NCBI GenBank assembly: GCA_963796965.1 | Contig: CAWCNS010000005.1 | Coordinates: 640,001-704,000, forward strand | DNA length: 64,000 nucleotides | DNA from: Calditrichia bacterium | Lineage (GTDB): Bacteria; Calditrichota; Calditrichia; JAJRVZ01 | Reading direction: 5' to 3' | In this document: positions 54,901 through 64,000 of the stretch, in pieces | How the letters are laid out: each line of letters starts with the position of its first letter | Position numbering within the stretch: the first letter of the stretch is position 1 | Notes under the pieces: model-generated | The model's database searches: none | What the model was told of the DNA's origin: nothing | The model's input: the letters and a program-made list of their open reading frames with translations, nothing else | Translations under genes and position numbers: made by a program

Positions 54901-55980
54901 TTATAAGGTAACAACTTGCGCCGTGCGAACCGATTCGTCCGCAGCCAGGACTATGCGTAAACTATTTACAGCATCATTCAAATGGTCGGTTAAATCCAGG
55001 TCTTCACGGATTGCACGCAGAAAGTATGCCTGTTCAAGGTTACATAGTTCCTGATGATCAGGTTCATCTTTGGTATTTATAAGTTGATCTTCCCTTAGAA
55101 AATGCCCCTTTTTATCAAGATCAGAATAATGAATCCGGATACAATTGGTTTTTGTGTGCGAGTCAATATCTGATGAATCACCGTCCAAGCCATCCATTGA
55201 TTTCACGATGCTGACACACCCTTTTGGGCCCACCACATCCTTTACAAAAAACGCTTCTTCGCTCATCATCGGACCCCAGCCGGCTTCATACCAGCCCACT
55301 GATCCATCATCGAACACGACCTGGAGCTGACCATAATTGTAGATCTCCGGCTTAACCTCATCTGTCAGCCTGGCACCAATGGCATACACCCTAACCGGCT
55401 GTGCGCCTGTCATTTGGCACATGATATCAACATAATGTACGCCACAATCCACGATAGGCGGAAAACTCTCCATGAGACGTTTCTGCCATTCCCAGTCCTC
55501 ACCGGAACTCTGCTGGTTTAGGTTCATGCGCATAACAAGCGGTTTACCCATTGTTCGGGCTTTCTCCACGAATATTGTCCATGCCGGATGATGTCTTAAA
55601 ATATAGCCTACAACTACTTTTTTACCTGTAGTGAGGGATGCGTTCTTGACAGATTCTGCCTGTTCTACAGTATGGGCAATGGGTTTTTCAGCAAAAACAT
55701 GTGCACCGGCTTCAATGGATTTTAAGGCGAATTCTGCGTGGGTGTCGGGAAAAGTATTAACTGATACGGCATCTGGCTTTGTGGCATCCAGAGCCTTATA
55801 AAAGTTATCGAACTGCGGTATTCCTCCCAGTCTGGCGGATAACGCCTCACGTGTTTTTGGCCCCCGGCTGACAAGGCCAACAATTTCAAATCCATCCAGT
55901 TTATCATAGGCCATGGCATGAGACGCCCCCATATTACCACATCCCACCACGAGTACACGGATTGTATCGCTCATAAACAT
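54901..55980 (-). CDS. Gfo/Idh/MocA family oxidoreductase
   Basis: VVGCGNMG, HVFAEKP, DCGVHYVD. Confidence 0.9.
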   Translation of the reverse strand: MFMSDTIRVLVVGCGNMGASHAMAYDKLDGFEIVGLVSRGPKTREALSARLGGIPQFDNFYKALDATKPDAVSVNTFPDTHAEFALKSIEAGAHVFAEKPIAHTVEQAESVKNASLTTGKKVVVGYILRHHPAWTIFVEKARTMGKPLVMRMNLNQQSSGEDWEWQKRLMESFPPIVDCGVHYVDIMCQMTGAQPVRVYAIGARLTDEVKPEIYNYGQLQVVFDDGSVGWYEAGWGPMMSEEAFFVKDVVGPKGCVSIVKSMDGLDGDSSDIDSHTKTNCIRIHYSDLDKKGHFLREDQLINTKDEPDHQELCNLEQAYFLRAIREDLDLTDHLNDAVNSLRIVLAADESVRTAQVVTL

Positions 55981-56165
55981 TTCCTTTCTCTGGACAATAT
56001 ATTATGATTTTATTTTATATATCGACTTTGTCTATTTCCGAATGATCTACTTAATTGTTTATCTTATTTTTTACCACTAAGTACACAGAGAAAAAATTCT
56101 TATTAAAAACATTGTGGTCTTAGTGCCTTCTTTGCGTACTTTGTGGTAAATATCTTATTTGATCT

Positions 56166-56825
56166 TTAATTAATAACACCCCATTCTAAAACGACAAATC
56201 CTTCTCTTTTAAAGATCGGTAACTGCGGGGGTTCGATCGATCTGGTATCCTTCTGCTCTTCAATCAAATAAAAAACCCGTATGAGATTATCTGGTTCTTT
56301 AGAAAATCGTAAAGCGATGATATCTTCCAGTTCCTCATTAAATGATGGGTAAATGACATAAAACCTGGAGGTATCAAGCAGCGGAATCCAGTAATCTATA
56401 AAATCCTCTATCTCTTTTTGTGAGAATAATAATGCTTCCAGATTGTTTTTAAAAAACGAACTCAGATCGGTACCTGCCACTTGCCATCCGAATTCTTTCT
56501 GAATTACCGGCGGGATCTGTGCCTCATAAAATAAAAACTGGTAGTGATTGTTTATCAGCCCGGAAGGCATTACGTCAATCTCCCACCCGGTATTGTATTT
56601 GGGAGTTGATTCAATGATTTTTCCACCCTGGGGAAAATCTATGGTAATACCCAAATTTATCTTCTCAGTTGGATATATGTAAATATTTGGTTTCCTTACG
56701 ACGACATCTCCGTGATTGGTTGTATCATTATCATAAAATGCGGTGATAGGATCGGTATTTTTTTCACAATTAATCATAAATAATCCGATTAAAATCACAA
56801 CAATATAGTAAAATAAATTTCGCAT
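56166..56825 (-). CDS. Conserved hypothetical lipoprotein
   Basis: Cys after signal peptide; KPNIYIYP, FLFYE, DFIDYW.P, REGFVVLEWG. Confidence 0.7.
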   Translation of the reverse strand: MRNLFYYIVVILIGLFMINCEKNTDPITAFYDNDTTNHGDVVVRKPNIYIYPTEKINLGITIDFPQGGKIIESTPKYNTGWEIDVMPSGLINNHYQFLFYEAQIPPVIQKEFGWQVAGTDLSSFFKNNLEALLFSQKEIEDFIDYWIPLLDTSRFYVIYPSFNEELEDIIALRFSKEPDNLIRVFYLIEEQKDTRSIEPPQLPIFKREGFVVLEWGVIN

Positions 56826-56881
56826 ATATTTTCCAATCTTAGTATTACTGATAGCTTATGCTAAACGAACAAGTCGTTTGC

Positions 56882-57325
56882 CTATTTCGCTCCGCGATTT
56901 AAACATTTTTTCATCAGATAGTGGCTTTTAGTTACTTTATATATCTCATAGCCAAGTCTTTCATATAATTTGTTTGCTGGATTATCAAGAAAGACTTCTA
57001 GATACAAGGTATTAAATCCTCTCCCAATACACTCGCGTTCGCAATGAGAAATGACCTCACTTCCCAAACCTTTATTCTGAAAGGAAGAATTAATCTGTAT
57101 ATTCTTTAAATGGGCTTTTCGCGCGAAATTTAAAACAAAAAAACCTGCATTCTCGCCCTTATATTCAATAATCCATGTAATTTTCGGACAAATATCTTTT
57201 TTGTAAATAGCAGAATTCCATCCCCCCCAATACTTATCCACATAATGTCTCATATTTTCACGATGCAGGTCATGCGTATACTGGTAATCGCCTGTTGCAT
57301 ATGGACGAATTCGTGGCTGTGACAT
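56882..57325 (-). CDS. GNAT family N-acetyltransferase
   Basis: FQNKGLGS and NPANKLYERLGY motifs. Confidence 0.88.
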   Translation of the reverse strand: MSQPRIRPYATGDYQYTHDLHRENMRHYVDKYWGGWNSAIYKKDICPKITWIIEYKGENAGFFVLNFARKAHLKNIQINSSFQNKGLGSEVISHCERECIGRGFNTLYLEVFLDNPANKLYERLGYEIYKVTKSHYLMKKCLNRGAK

Positions 57326-57414
57326 TACTAATTAGTATTTCCTTTATATTGAATTAAACTTTAGTACTCGTGAATGAATATTCTATTTAATCCTTAGTTT
57401 GTACTGCCCCATTA

Positions 57415-58716
57415 TTAATAGTCGTTCTGTTCTCTTAATTTATCAGGTTTTAAATGCCATTCCAGATTATTAGGTGGTGTAACGGTTAGTTCTTCCGGTT
57501 TTGGTAATCTTCGCAGTTGGGGTGTAAAATCGTAAGAAATTGGTGCGGGACGCGTCGTGCCGCCTCTGTTAACATATTCCCAGACAATTTCACCATCAGG
57601 TTTCACTTGAAAAAGTCTTCCCGTGTTGTCTTCGACTATGAATGTATTGCCATTTGGAAGGCGTTTCTGTGTCCCCATTGTCTTACTAAAAAACTTAATA
57701 TTTGCATATCCTGTCGTTTCGTATTTCCAAACAATCTCTTTCGTAACTGGATTTATCTCAATAATAAATGTTTGTCCCGTATGTTTTCTATGCCTTGTAA
57801 AAAGTCCATTGTCGAATAAGATAATATTACCTGCCCCGGGTAAACCCTTTTCTATCATTTCTGGCTCGTGACAATGGGCCATGCCCCCCTTGTAGGTATG
57901 GGTTCCCTCCCAGACAATTTTCTTCGTCTTTTTGTCAATGATATACATCGTGTCAATATTTCTCGCATTGAGCAAGATATTACCCGGTCTGAATCTTTCA
58001 TCACCCCCATCAAACCATTTATTTTCCGGTAGGGGTGCAATTGAATTTACATGTAGCCAATCACCCTTTGGCGTGGCCGGAGAGAATCTGTTCAGATCAA
58101 GATGATTATAGGCATGCCACTCCCATACGATTTCCCCTTTCAAATTAATTTCATAGAGATCCGCACTAAGTTGCTTTTCCTCACTTCCTCTCTTTCGCGG
58201 TTCCCACCAAGGTGCAACTTCGATATCCCTTACCTTGCTCTGAAATTCCTCCGGCATCGGTTGATGTGCTAAGAGCAGACGGTTATTATTAGGTAGAATA
58301 CGCAAATCGTTTTTTGAGCCGATACCTTTGTGACGCCACACCTCATTTCCGTCCCAATCATATTCAATAACCATTTTGGTAGGACCGGCATATATCAGAT
58401 GGCCATTAGAGAGCAATCTGCTTCGCTTGTTAAAAGCGGGCTCTACCTTCCAGGTATGGACGACCTTACCATTCATGTCGATGAGTCTTATATCATCCGG
58501 GAAGGTGCCGGTATTTTCTGCCCTGGTTTTGGCGTCGGGATGGTTACCCATTTTTGCATGGTCAGAGATTAGAATATAACTACTGTAAGCTTCCGATGGC
58601 TTATAAATAGTAGTACCCGTCGGGAATATCGTTTGTCCTATCGTCTCAGAAAGGGAGAAAATAAAGAACAGGAATACTCCTGCGAGGATCAAAACATGAA
58701 GATTGTTTTTATTCAT
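57415..58716 (-). CDS. Aryl-sulfate sulfotransferase (ASST-like beta-propeller)
   Basis: DWLHVNSI, HCHEP, ILFDNG, QKRLPNGNTFI; signal peptide. Confidence 0.75.
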   Translation of the reverse strand: MNKNNLHVLILAGVFLFFIFSLSETIGQTIFPTGTTIYKPSEAYSSYILISDHAKMGNHPDAKTRAENTGTFPDDIRLIDMNGKVVHTWKVEPAFNKRSRLLSNGHLIYAGPTKMVIEYDWDGNEVWRHKGIGSKNDLRILPNNNRLLLAHQPMPEEFQSKVRDIEVAPWWEPRKRGSEEKQLSADLYEINLKGEIVWEWHAYNHLDLNRFSPATPKGDWLHVNSIAPLPENKWFDGGDERFRPGNILLNARNIDTMYIIDKKTKKIVWEGTHTYKGGMAHCHEPEMIEKGLPGAGNIILFDNGLFTRHRKHTGQTFIIEINPVTKEIVWKYETTGYANIKFFSKTMGTQKRLPNGNTFIVEDNTGRLFQVKPDGEIVWEYVNRGGTTRPAPISYDFTPQLRRLPKPEELTVTPPNNLEWHLKPDKLREQNDY

Positions 58717-58741
58717 AATTAATTTCCTCGATAAATAATAA

Positions 58742-59383
58742 TCAAAGACAACACTGAGTCGCTTCCATATAGATGACTTCCATTGGTATTCCTTCTACCG
58801 GTTCAACGATACAAAGGTCAATGATGAATCCTGAATCTCTTACCCAGGAAGTGACCTCATCTTTTGTATATCGAAGCGCAACGACATCTGATTCATCGCC
58901 ATAATCAATGGGACCACTGCCCTCCCAGGTTGCGATGACCAACTGTCCTTCCGGACGTAATATTCGGTTCCATTCTTTAATTGCCACCCTTACATTTTCA
59001 CGATCGAGGTGATGTAAAGCAAAATAATTTATAACAGCTGCTGAGGATCCGGATGAAAGCATGCTCAAATTGCGCATATCAGCTATCATTATTTTTGAAT
59101 TGGGTCCTAATTTCTTTTGGGTAATTTCGACCATCCGTGGAGATAAATCTATGCCGACAAGGTCTCGTTGCGGATCATAGCGTCGGTGATAAAGATCCAA
59201 CATATGTCCCGACCCGCATGAGGTATCAACAACCGGACCGGGTATATCTGTAATTCGTACCGCTAACCGGGATAAGGTATCTGCATAAACCGGGAGATCA
59301 ATCTCGTTATCCATCATCTTTTTATACGAATCAGCAGTCTTCTCATATAGTTTTCTAACTTCTTCCGGTGATGAAGTATCCAT
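58742..59383 (-). CDS. Class I SAM-dependent methyltransferase
   Basis: VVDTSCGSG, GIDLSPRM, RILRPEG; ATG 59383 with GGAGA RBS. Confidence 0.85.
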   Translation of the reverse strand: MDTSSPEEVRKLYEKTADSYKKMMDNEIDLPVYADTLSRLAVRITDIPGPVVDTSCGSGHMLDLYHRRYDPQRDLVGIDLSPRMVEITQKKLGPNSKIMIADMRNLSMLSSGSSAAVINYFALHHLDRENVRVAIKEWNRILRPEGQLVIATWEGSGPIDYGDESDVVALRYTKDEVTSWVRDSGFIIDLCIVEPVEGIPMEVIYMEATQCCL

Positions 59384-59489
59384 GTTATTCTCCCTGCCTC
59401 CCGGCAAGCATAATGTAGGATAAAAATTGAAAGTCAAATTTGGTAGTAAATGTAGCGGCGCGCTAAAAGGCTGTGTATAAAAGATTTTT

Positions 59490-59631
59490 AACCACGGAGA
59501 CACTCCCGTGATACGGGACAGGCCGGAGATTCACAGAGTATTAATAAAAGATATAAATATTTATTAACAATTATACCCATTTCTCAACTCCAAATTAATA
59601 AATCCGTGCAATTCTGTGTAATTCTGTGGTT
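59490..59631. repeat. CACAGAG/CACGGAG-family inverted repeat unit with a nested mini-hairpin
   Basis: AACCACGGAG...TCACAGAG left arm, TCCGTG..TCTGTG..TCTGTGGTT right arm. Confidence 0.7.
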
Positions 59632-59699
59632 GATTTTTTATTCTCACACAACCTCTTAATCGCCTCCTTACACTTACATGATGTGATAAATTATGTGAT

Positions 59700-60212
59700 T
59701 TAAAAATAGCTTTGATGTAAATATTTTATTTTATTGATATGATGGTCATCATGTTCAACCTGAAAATATAACATATCGCATAGCCGCATGGGTTTCTCTA
59801 ACCTGGGATGCCAAGCAGATTTATTGAATAACGCGGAATCGAGGCTTTCAAGTCTTTGAACATATTCCATCCGTTTTTCGCGAAATAGTTCTAAAAGATT
59901 TTGGATCCTCTCCAGATTATAATTTGCCTGGTTTGTTTTGGCACCGGAGACATCGGCTGGCCTAAGTGAATCAGCGCCGGACTCATAGTCGTCTAACCGG
60001 CCAATAAACAAATTCTCGGCTGATAGGAGATGCCCCACATTTTCCTGGATGGACCATGCATCATCCTTTTTGATAATAAGCAGGTTGCGGGGAATTGGTC
60101 GGACCAGTGATTCCAAAATATCCGGCGTTGCCATCAACCGTTCAATAAATTCCGGATAAAGTAAAAAATCAAATTCAAAATCAAATGTTCGGTCTACCCA
60201 TTTATTTTTCAT
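59700..60212 (-). CDS. DinB family protein
   Basis: WSIQENVGHL..EHDDHH. Confidence 0.85.
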   Translation of the reverse strand: MKNKWVDRTFDFEFDFLLYPEFIERLMATPDILESLVRPIPRNLLIIKKDDAWSIQENVGHLLSAENLFIGRLDDYESGADSLRPADVSGAKTNQANYNLERIQNLLELFREKRMEYVQRLESLDSALFNKSAWHPRLEKPMRLCDMLYFQVEHDDHHINKIKYLHQSYF

Positions 60213-60292
60213 ATATTCTGCCTCTATTTGTTGAAATAAAAAAACATTACAATCTGTGGACAGTACGATTATATTTCACACCCTGATGAATA

Positions 60293-60364
60293 CATCCCCT
60301 GCCGAAGGCATCCCTTCGGGGCTATCCCCTTCCTCCAAAGGAGTCCCTTCGGGAAAAGGGGGAA
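60293..60364. repeat. CCCCCTT/AAGGGGG-family palindromic repeat
   Basis: Shares 28 bp with 54746-54773. Confidence 0.75.
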
Positions 60365-60539
60365 TAGATCATGCTACTCTCTATCTCGTATCACGTATCC
60401 CGGATCGAATAACAAATGCCTAAATCCCAATGTCAATTCAATGACCAATAACCAATCCCATATCCCGGATCAAGCGACAAATCCTCAATCCCCAATTCCA
60501 AATTCCGGAATTTCTCCAAAATCCCCACAGCTGACAATC

Positions 60540-62583
60540 CTATTCCGAAAAATTCATTCTGTTATAAATTTCAATAAAGCGAGGATCATTCCTGATAGGG
60601 TCCCAGATCCAAAAGTGTTTTAAAGAAACCATCATAAGTGACCGTTCACGATAACCTTTTTCGAGCCAGAAGATTGCCTCATCAGGCATTTCTAATAAGG
60701 TATATAACATGGCCGGGTTCAAAGGATCGAAAAACTCTTCCGGTTTAAGTATTTGTAGTACTTCATCTTTTTTACCCATTTGAATTTTTACCACAAGTAG
60801 ATCAAAATTAGCCAAATTCTGGTTCTGCCAAATAGTACTTGCCCTTTCAAATGAACTGAGCGCTTCTTCAAATTTCCCCAAATAACCTAATACGATTCCC
60901 TTCCAATGATGACCTTCACTGAAATTCGGATCAAGCTCCAAAGCATTATTAAATGAAACAAGCGCTTCTTCGAACCTTCCGGCAAAATAATAACATAATC
61001 CAAGTTGCCAGTGACTTTCAGCATGTAATGGATCGGTTTCTAAGTATTTGTTTAGAGACATTTATGGCATGATCAAAATCCTTATTTACGAATATATAAT
61101 AGTATGTAATAAATTCGTTTTGTTCCGGTAGTCCATATTGAATGGCTTTGTTATATTCGGAAAGGGTTGCCTCCCAATCCCAGTCATAAAAGAGATGAAT
61201 ATATGCCAAAACTTTATGTGCGCGTGGCTCATAGTTCATTCAGGCTGATCGCTTTTTGAGCAGCTGTTCTTGCTTTGGAGTATGCATCTGCTGTCGACAA
61301 TATATTGTAACCGGCAAAATGGAGGTACGTTTCACCGATATAGGCATGGGCTTCTGCATAATTGGGATCCAATTCAACTGCTTTTTCAAAGTACTCCATT
61401 GCTTTTACTTTACCCTCATAACCCTCTTAAAAAAATAGCTCCCCTTAAGAAACAATTCATATGCTTCCATATTTTGCGTCTGACTTTTGTTTTTCGAGAC
61501 CTCTTGAATATGCAGTTTAAGTTTTTCAACGATGCGGTTGGCAATTTCTTCCTGAACAGCAAAGATATCCTTCATTTCTCTGTCGTATGTTTCAGACAAG
61601 ATATGAAAGCCATCCTCTACATTGATAAGTTGGGCTGTAATACGTACCTGGTTTCCGGCTTTTCTTACACTCCCCTCCAATACCATTTTCACATCCAATT
61701 TTTCACCAATCATACGGATATCTTCATTTTTTCCCTTGAAAGAAAATGCTGAAGTCCGGCCGGCAACTTTCAATCCATCCACATTAACGAGAGAGTTTAA
61801 TATTTCTTCCGAAATTCCATCACTGAAATATTCCTGTTCCGGATCCCCGCTCATATTTTCAAAGGCAAGAACAGCAATTGATTTCATCTCATTTCCTGAA
61901 GACGGAATTGGGTTGGTGCCATATTTCAGATAAATAAATATAAGCACCGCAATTATGGACGAAATTATTATAGCACCTAAGAGCCCTTTTCTAATTTTTG
62001 ATTTTGACCTTTCTTATGTTTAGAGAGAAAGTCAGGAGTCTGTGTCAACTTTACCCTTAATATCTTCAGCCCTTGGAACGATGAGCCCCACATTGGAAAT
62101 AGCATAGACTTCAATAGGTTTTTCAACATTCTTTAACTTAAATGTCTTCAGCATCGAAGTCTTGATGGATTCCTGGTTTTTAATTTCGTCATAGACCTTG
62201 TCTGAGATAAAGACACTGCCAGGAACTGCCAGGGATTCTATCCGTGAGGCTACATTTACCCCATCTCCAATGATTTCCTCTTCACTGAATATAATGTCGC
62301 CGGTATGAATTCCGATTCTCACCGGTATGGCAGGGTCTTCCTGAAAGCCAAGCTGCATTTCGATCGCGCATTTTACAGCATCAATGGCACTATCAAAAAT
62401 GCTTAATGTGCCATCACCATAATATTGCAGAATCCTTCCTTTATGCTTTTCAGTGACAGAATTAAATATCTGTCGATGTTTGTCCCTGGATTGAATGGCT
62501 TTACCCTCATTTTGCTGCATAAGGGCCGTATATCCCTGGATATCGGTGAACATGATGGCGGCTAATTGACGGGAGCGATTCAT
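60540..62583 (-). CDS. Adenylate/guanylate cyclase domain + TolB-like + TPR protein (several frameshifts)
   Basis: MFTDIQGYT, GDG, RIGIHTGD, GDGVNVASRIE; SIAVLAFENMS..YFSDGISEE; TPRs; DPIRNDPRF end. Confidence 0.8.
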
Positions 62584-62654
62584 AATGACAAATTTATAAA
62601 ATAGTTGGTTAACTTGCAGTTAATAAAGATTGCAAATGTTCTGGTTTAGAAGGA

Positions 62655-63482
62655 CTATCTTTTATTCTTTTGTGTATTTAAAAATTTGGCCAGGTCTTCA
62701 AGACGGTCGCTATTGATAAAGTCGACACCGGCATTCTGCTGAACTATCCAGGAAGCAGGTGTATCAGGTGCAGCCCAGAGACGGATCATTTGGCCATTGG
62801 CATGTACCTGTTGCACCAGAAACTCAAGTTTTTTCTGCTCTTCTGCCGGCATCCCCCCACTCCCATTCCATTTGAAGTGCGAGCGCCAGTTGTCACTAAT
62901 CCATGGCATTAGGTACCGGCTGGGTTTGTCAGCAAGGTCGGAGATACGTCCATCACAACCAACCCAGCGATACCTTTCTTTGGCCAGGGTTGATTTTGGC
63001 CGGTTGCCTGAAATGATTATTGTCAGCGCATTTATTTTGGTAGTGCTGTCATCAAACATGGTAAGCAGGGGATGGTAGGGTTTCAGTATATTTTTGAGTG
63101 CCGCGTAAGTGGTCTCCCCATCGGTTTTAAAATCGATTAATAAATAAAATGTTTCCGTTTCTTTCTGAACCCTTCCTCCCTGGGCTTGTATACGTTGGGC
63201 TAAGGGTTCGAGATAGAGTGCGGTCAGGGTTTTTCCCGGCCTTAATTGAGATTGATCATGGCCAATCAGCAGTTCACCGTCTGCCAGAAACACATCAGCC
63301 TCGACACTGGCAAAGCCATTGTCCAGGGCGTCCAGAAGTGGACGTTCGTGCATGTAATCATTATGGGCATGAGCTAATGATGGGGTAGCCGGTTGTTTTA
63401 CATCTTTTGTGGATTGAGCAGACGTTGTGCCCGCCAGTAACCATGGGAGTAGAAACCACACCCATCCTCCTGCTTTTTTCAT
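62655..63482 (-). CDS. PI-PLC/GDPD-like phosphodiesterase
   Basis: HAHNDY, VEADV, LLIDFK, ISGNRP, GVDFINSD. Confidence 0.8.
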   Translation of the reverse strand: MKKAGGWVWFLLPWLLAGTTSAQSTKDVKQPATPSLAHAHNDYMHERPLLDALDNGFASVEADVFLADGELLIGHDQSQLRPGKTLTALYLEPLAQRIQAQGGRVQKETETFYLLIDFKTDGETTYAALKNILKPYHPLLTMFDDSTTKINALTIIISGNRPKSTLAKERYRWVGCDGRISDLADKPSRYLMPWISDNWRSHFKWNGSGGMPAEEQKKLEFLVQQVHANGQMIRLWAAPDTPASWIVQQNAGVDFINSDRLEDLAKFLNTQKNKR

Positions 63483-63699
63483 TCTTCTTTCTCCTTTTCC
63501 CCGGTAGTAGTTTCAAATCTAATATAGTTGGTTAAAATGCAGGTCTTTTTAAACGCTGAGAGCCGCAGAGGCAAAAAATTAAAAAATAAATCATGCAAAA
63601 TACAAAAAGAGCAATAAGGACGTTAGTAGATTAATAAAATTGTTTTTGTTTTTTATTCGCCTCTTTGCCCCACCTACGGTGGTCAATGCTAAAAAATGT

Positions 63700-64000
63700 T
63701 CATTTTACCTTACCATGATTAATTATCTGCACGGGACCAATCAAACCCGATATGGTCGTCTTTTTGTAATGTTCGGGGGTTGGAATTGTCTGATAATGGT
63801 TGGATAACGTATTGTAAACAAGTATTTCCAGATGGTTATCGCCAACGGTTACATACCGGGAAATATCAATACTGAAAGGAGCGGTCATGAGGATTCCCGC
63901 TTTTTTACCGTTAACATGGACCTCACAGGTAGCAATGACCTTGCCGAGATCCAGGATGATTTCTCCCCGGGTTTGTTCAGCTGAAAGTGTGATATTTCTT
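63700..64000 (-). CDS. C-terminal jelly-roll of a glycoside hydrolase (GH106/GH2-like); runs off the window edge
   Basis: IILDLGKVIATCEVHVNG..APFSIDIS..NHLEILVYNTLSN..SGLIGPV. Confidence 0.7.
   Translation of the reverse strand, partial: RNITLSAEQTRGEIILDLGKVIATCEVHVNGKKAGILMTAPFSIDISRYVTVGDNHLEILVYNTLSNHYQTIPTPEHYKKTTISGLIGPVQIINHGKVK

Noticed and set aside
61270..61752. 160-aa plus-strand ORF and the many other short plus-strand or alternative-frame ORFs in the track
   Set aside because: Shadows of well-supported minus-strand genes, with no motifs
6407..62583. Frameshifts as programmed frameshifting or phase variation
   Set aside because: They hit unrelated genes, lack shared slippery motifs or long homopolymer tracts, and include both insertions and deletions; sequencing error is simpler
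60540..63482. Cyclase-TPR gene plus phosphodiesterase as a Pycsar/CBASS-like defence system
   Set aside because: The class III cyclase-TolB-TPR architecture is a common signalling protein; no cyclic-nucleotide-binding effector is adjacent and the neighbouring phosphodiesterase is secreted
955..63690. Intergenic repeats as a CRISPR array
   Set aside because: No run of identical direct repeats with regular unique spacers and no cas genes; the repeats are dispersed, inverted and degenerate
1..64000. tRNA, rRNA or riboswitch
   Set aside because: No recognisable cloverleaf, rRNA or riboswitch signature by eye; an Rfam/Infernal scan would be needed to exclude them

Overview
Bacterial DNA with almost every real gene on the minus strand. 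The QNYPNPFNP-type C-terminal sorting domain and the absence of SusC/SusD suggest an FCB-group lineage such as Calditrichota/KSB1 (inference). About 11 genes are broken by small indels, most likely long-read assembly errors. Roughly 1-31 kb is a glycan-degradation region: 2 PNGase F-family enzymes, 4 GH29 and 2 GH95/GH95-like fucosidases, 4 Cys-type sulfatases plus a duplicated remnant, a sodium:solute symporter and a URO-D-like protein. 37-64 kb is mixed (GH36, GH2, ABC/M1-peptidase fusion, LytS/LytTR pair, sulfotransferase, cyclase-TPR protein). The standout is a complete IS110 element (33251-34959). Its upstream non-coding end folds into a bridge-RNA architecture, and all four guide segments can be matched by eye to the element's own ends (donor TTAATAA-CT-TGTA) and to the flanking DNA (target TCCGTGT-CT-CTGTG). 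The target is a dispersed inverted-repeat family that also brackets a degenerate GxxExxY gene and occurs as gene-less, MITE-like units in intergenic spaces. Several other repeat families and nested mini-hairpin insertions are present.
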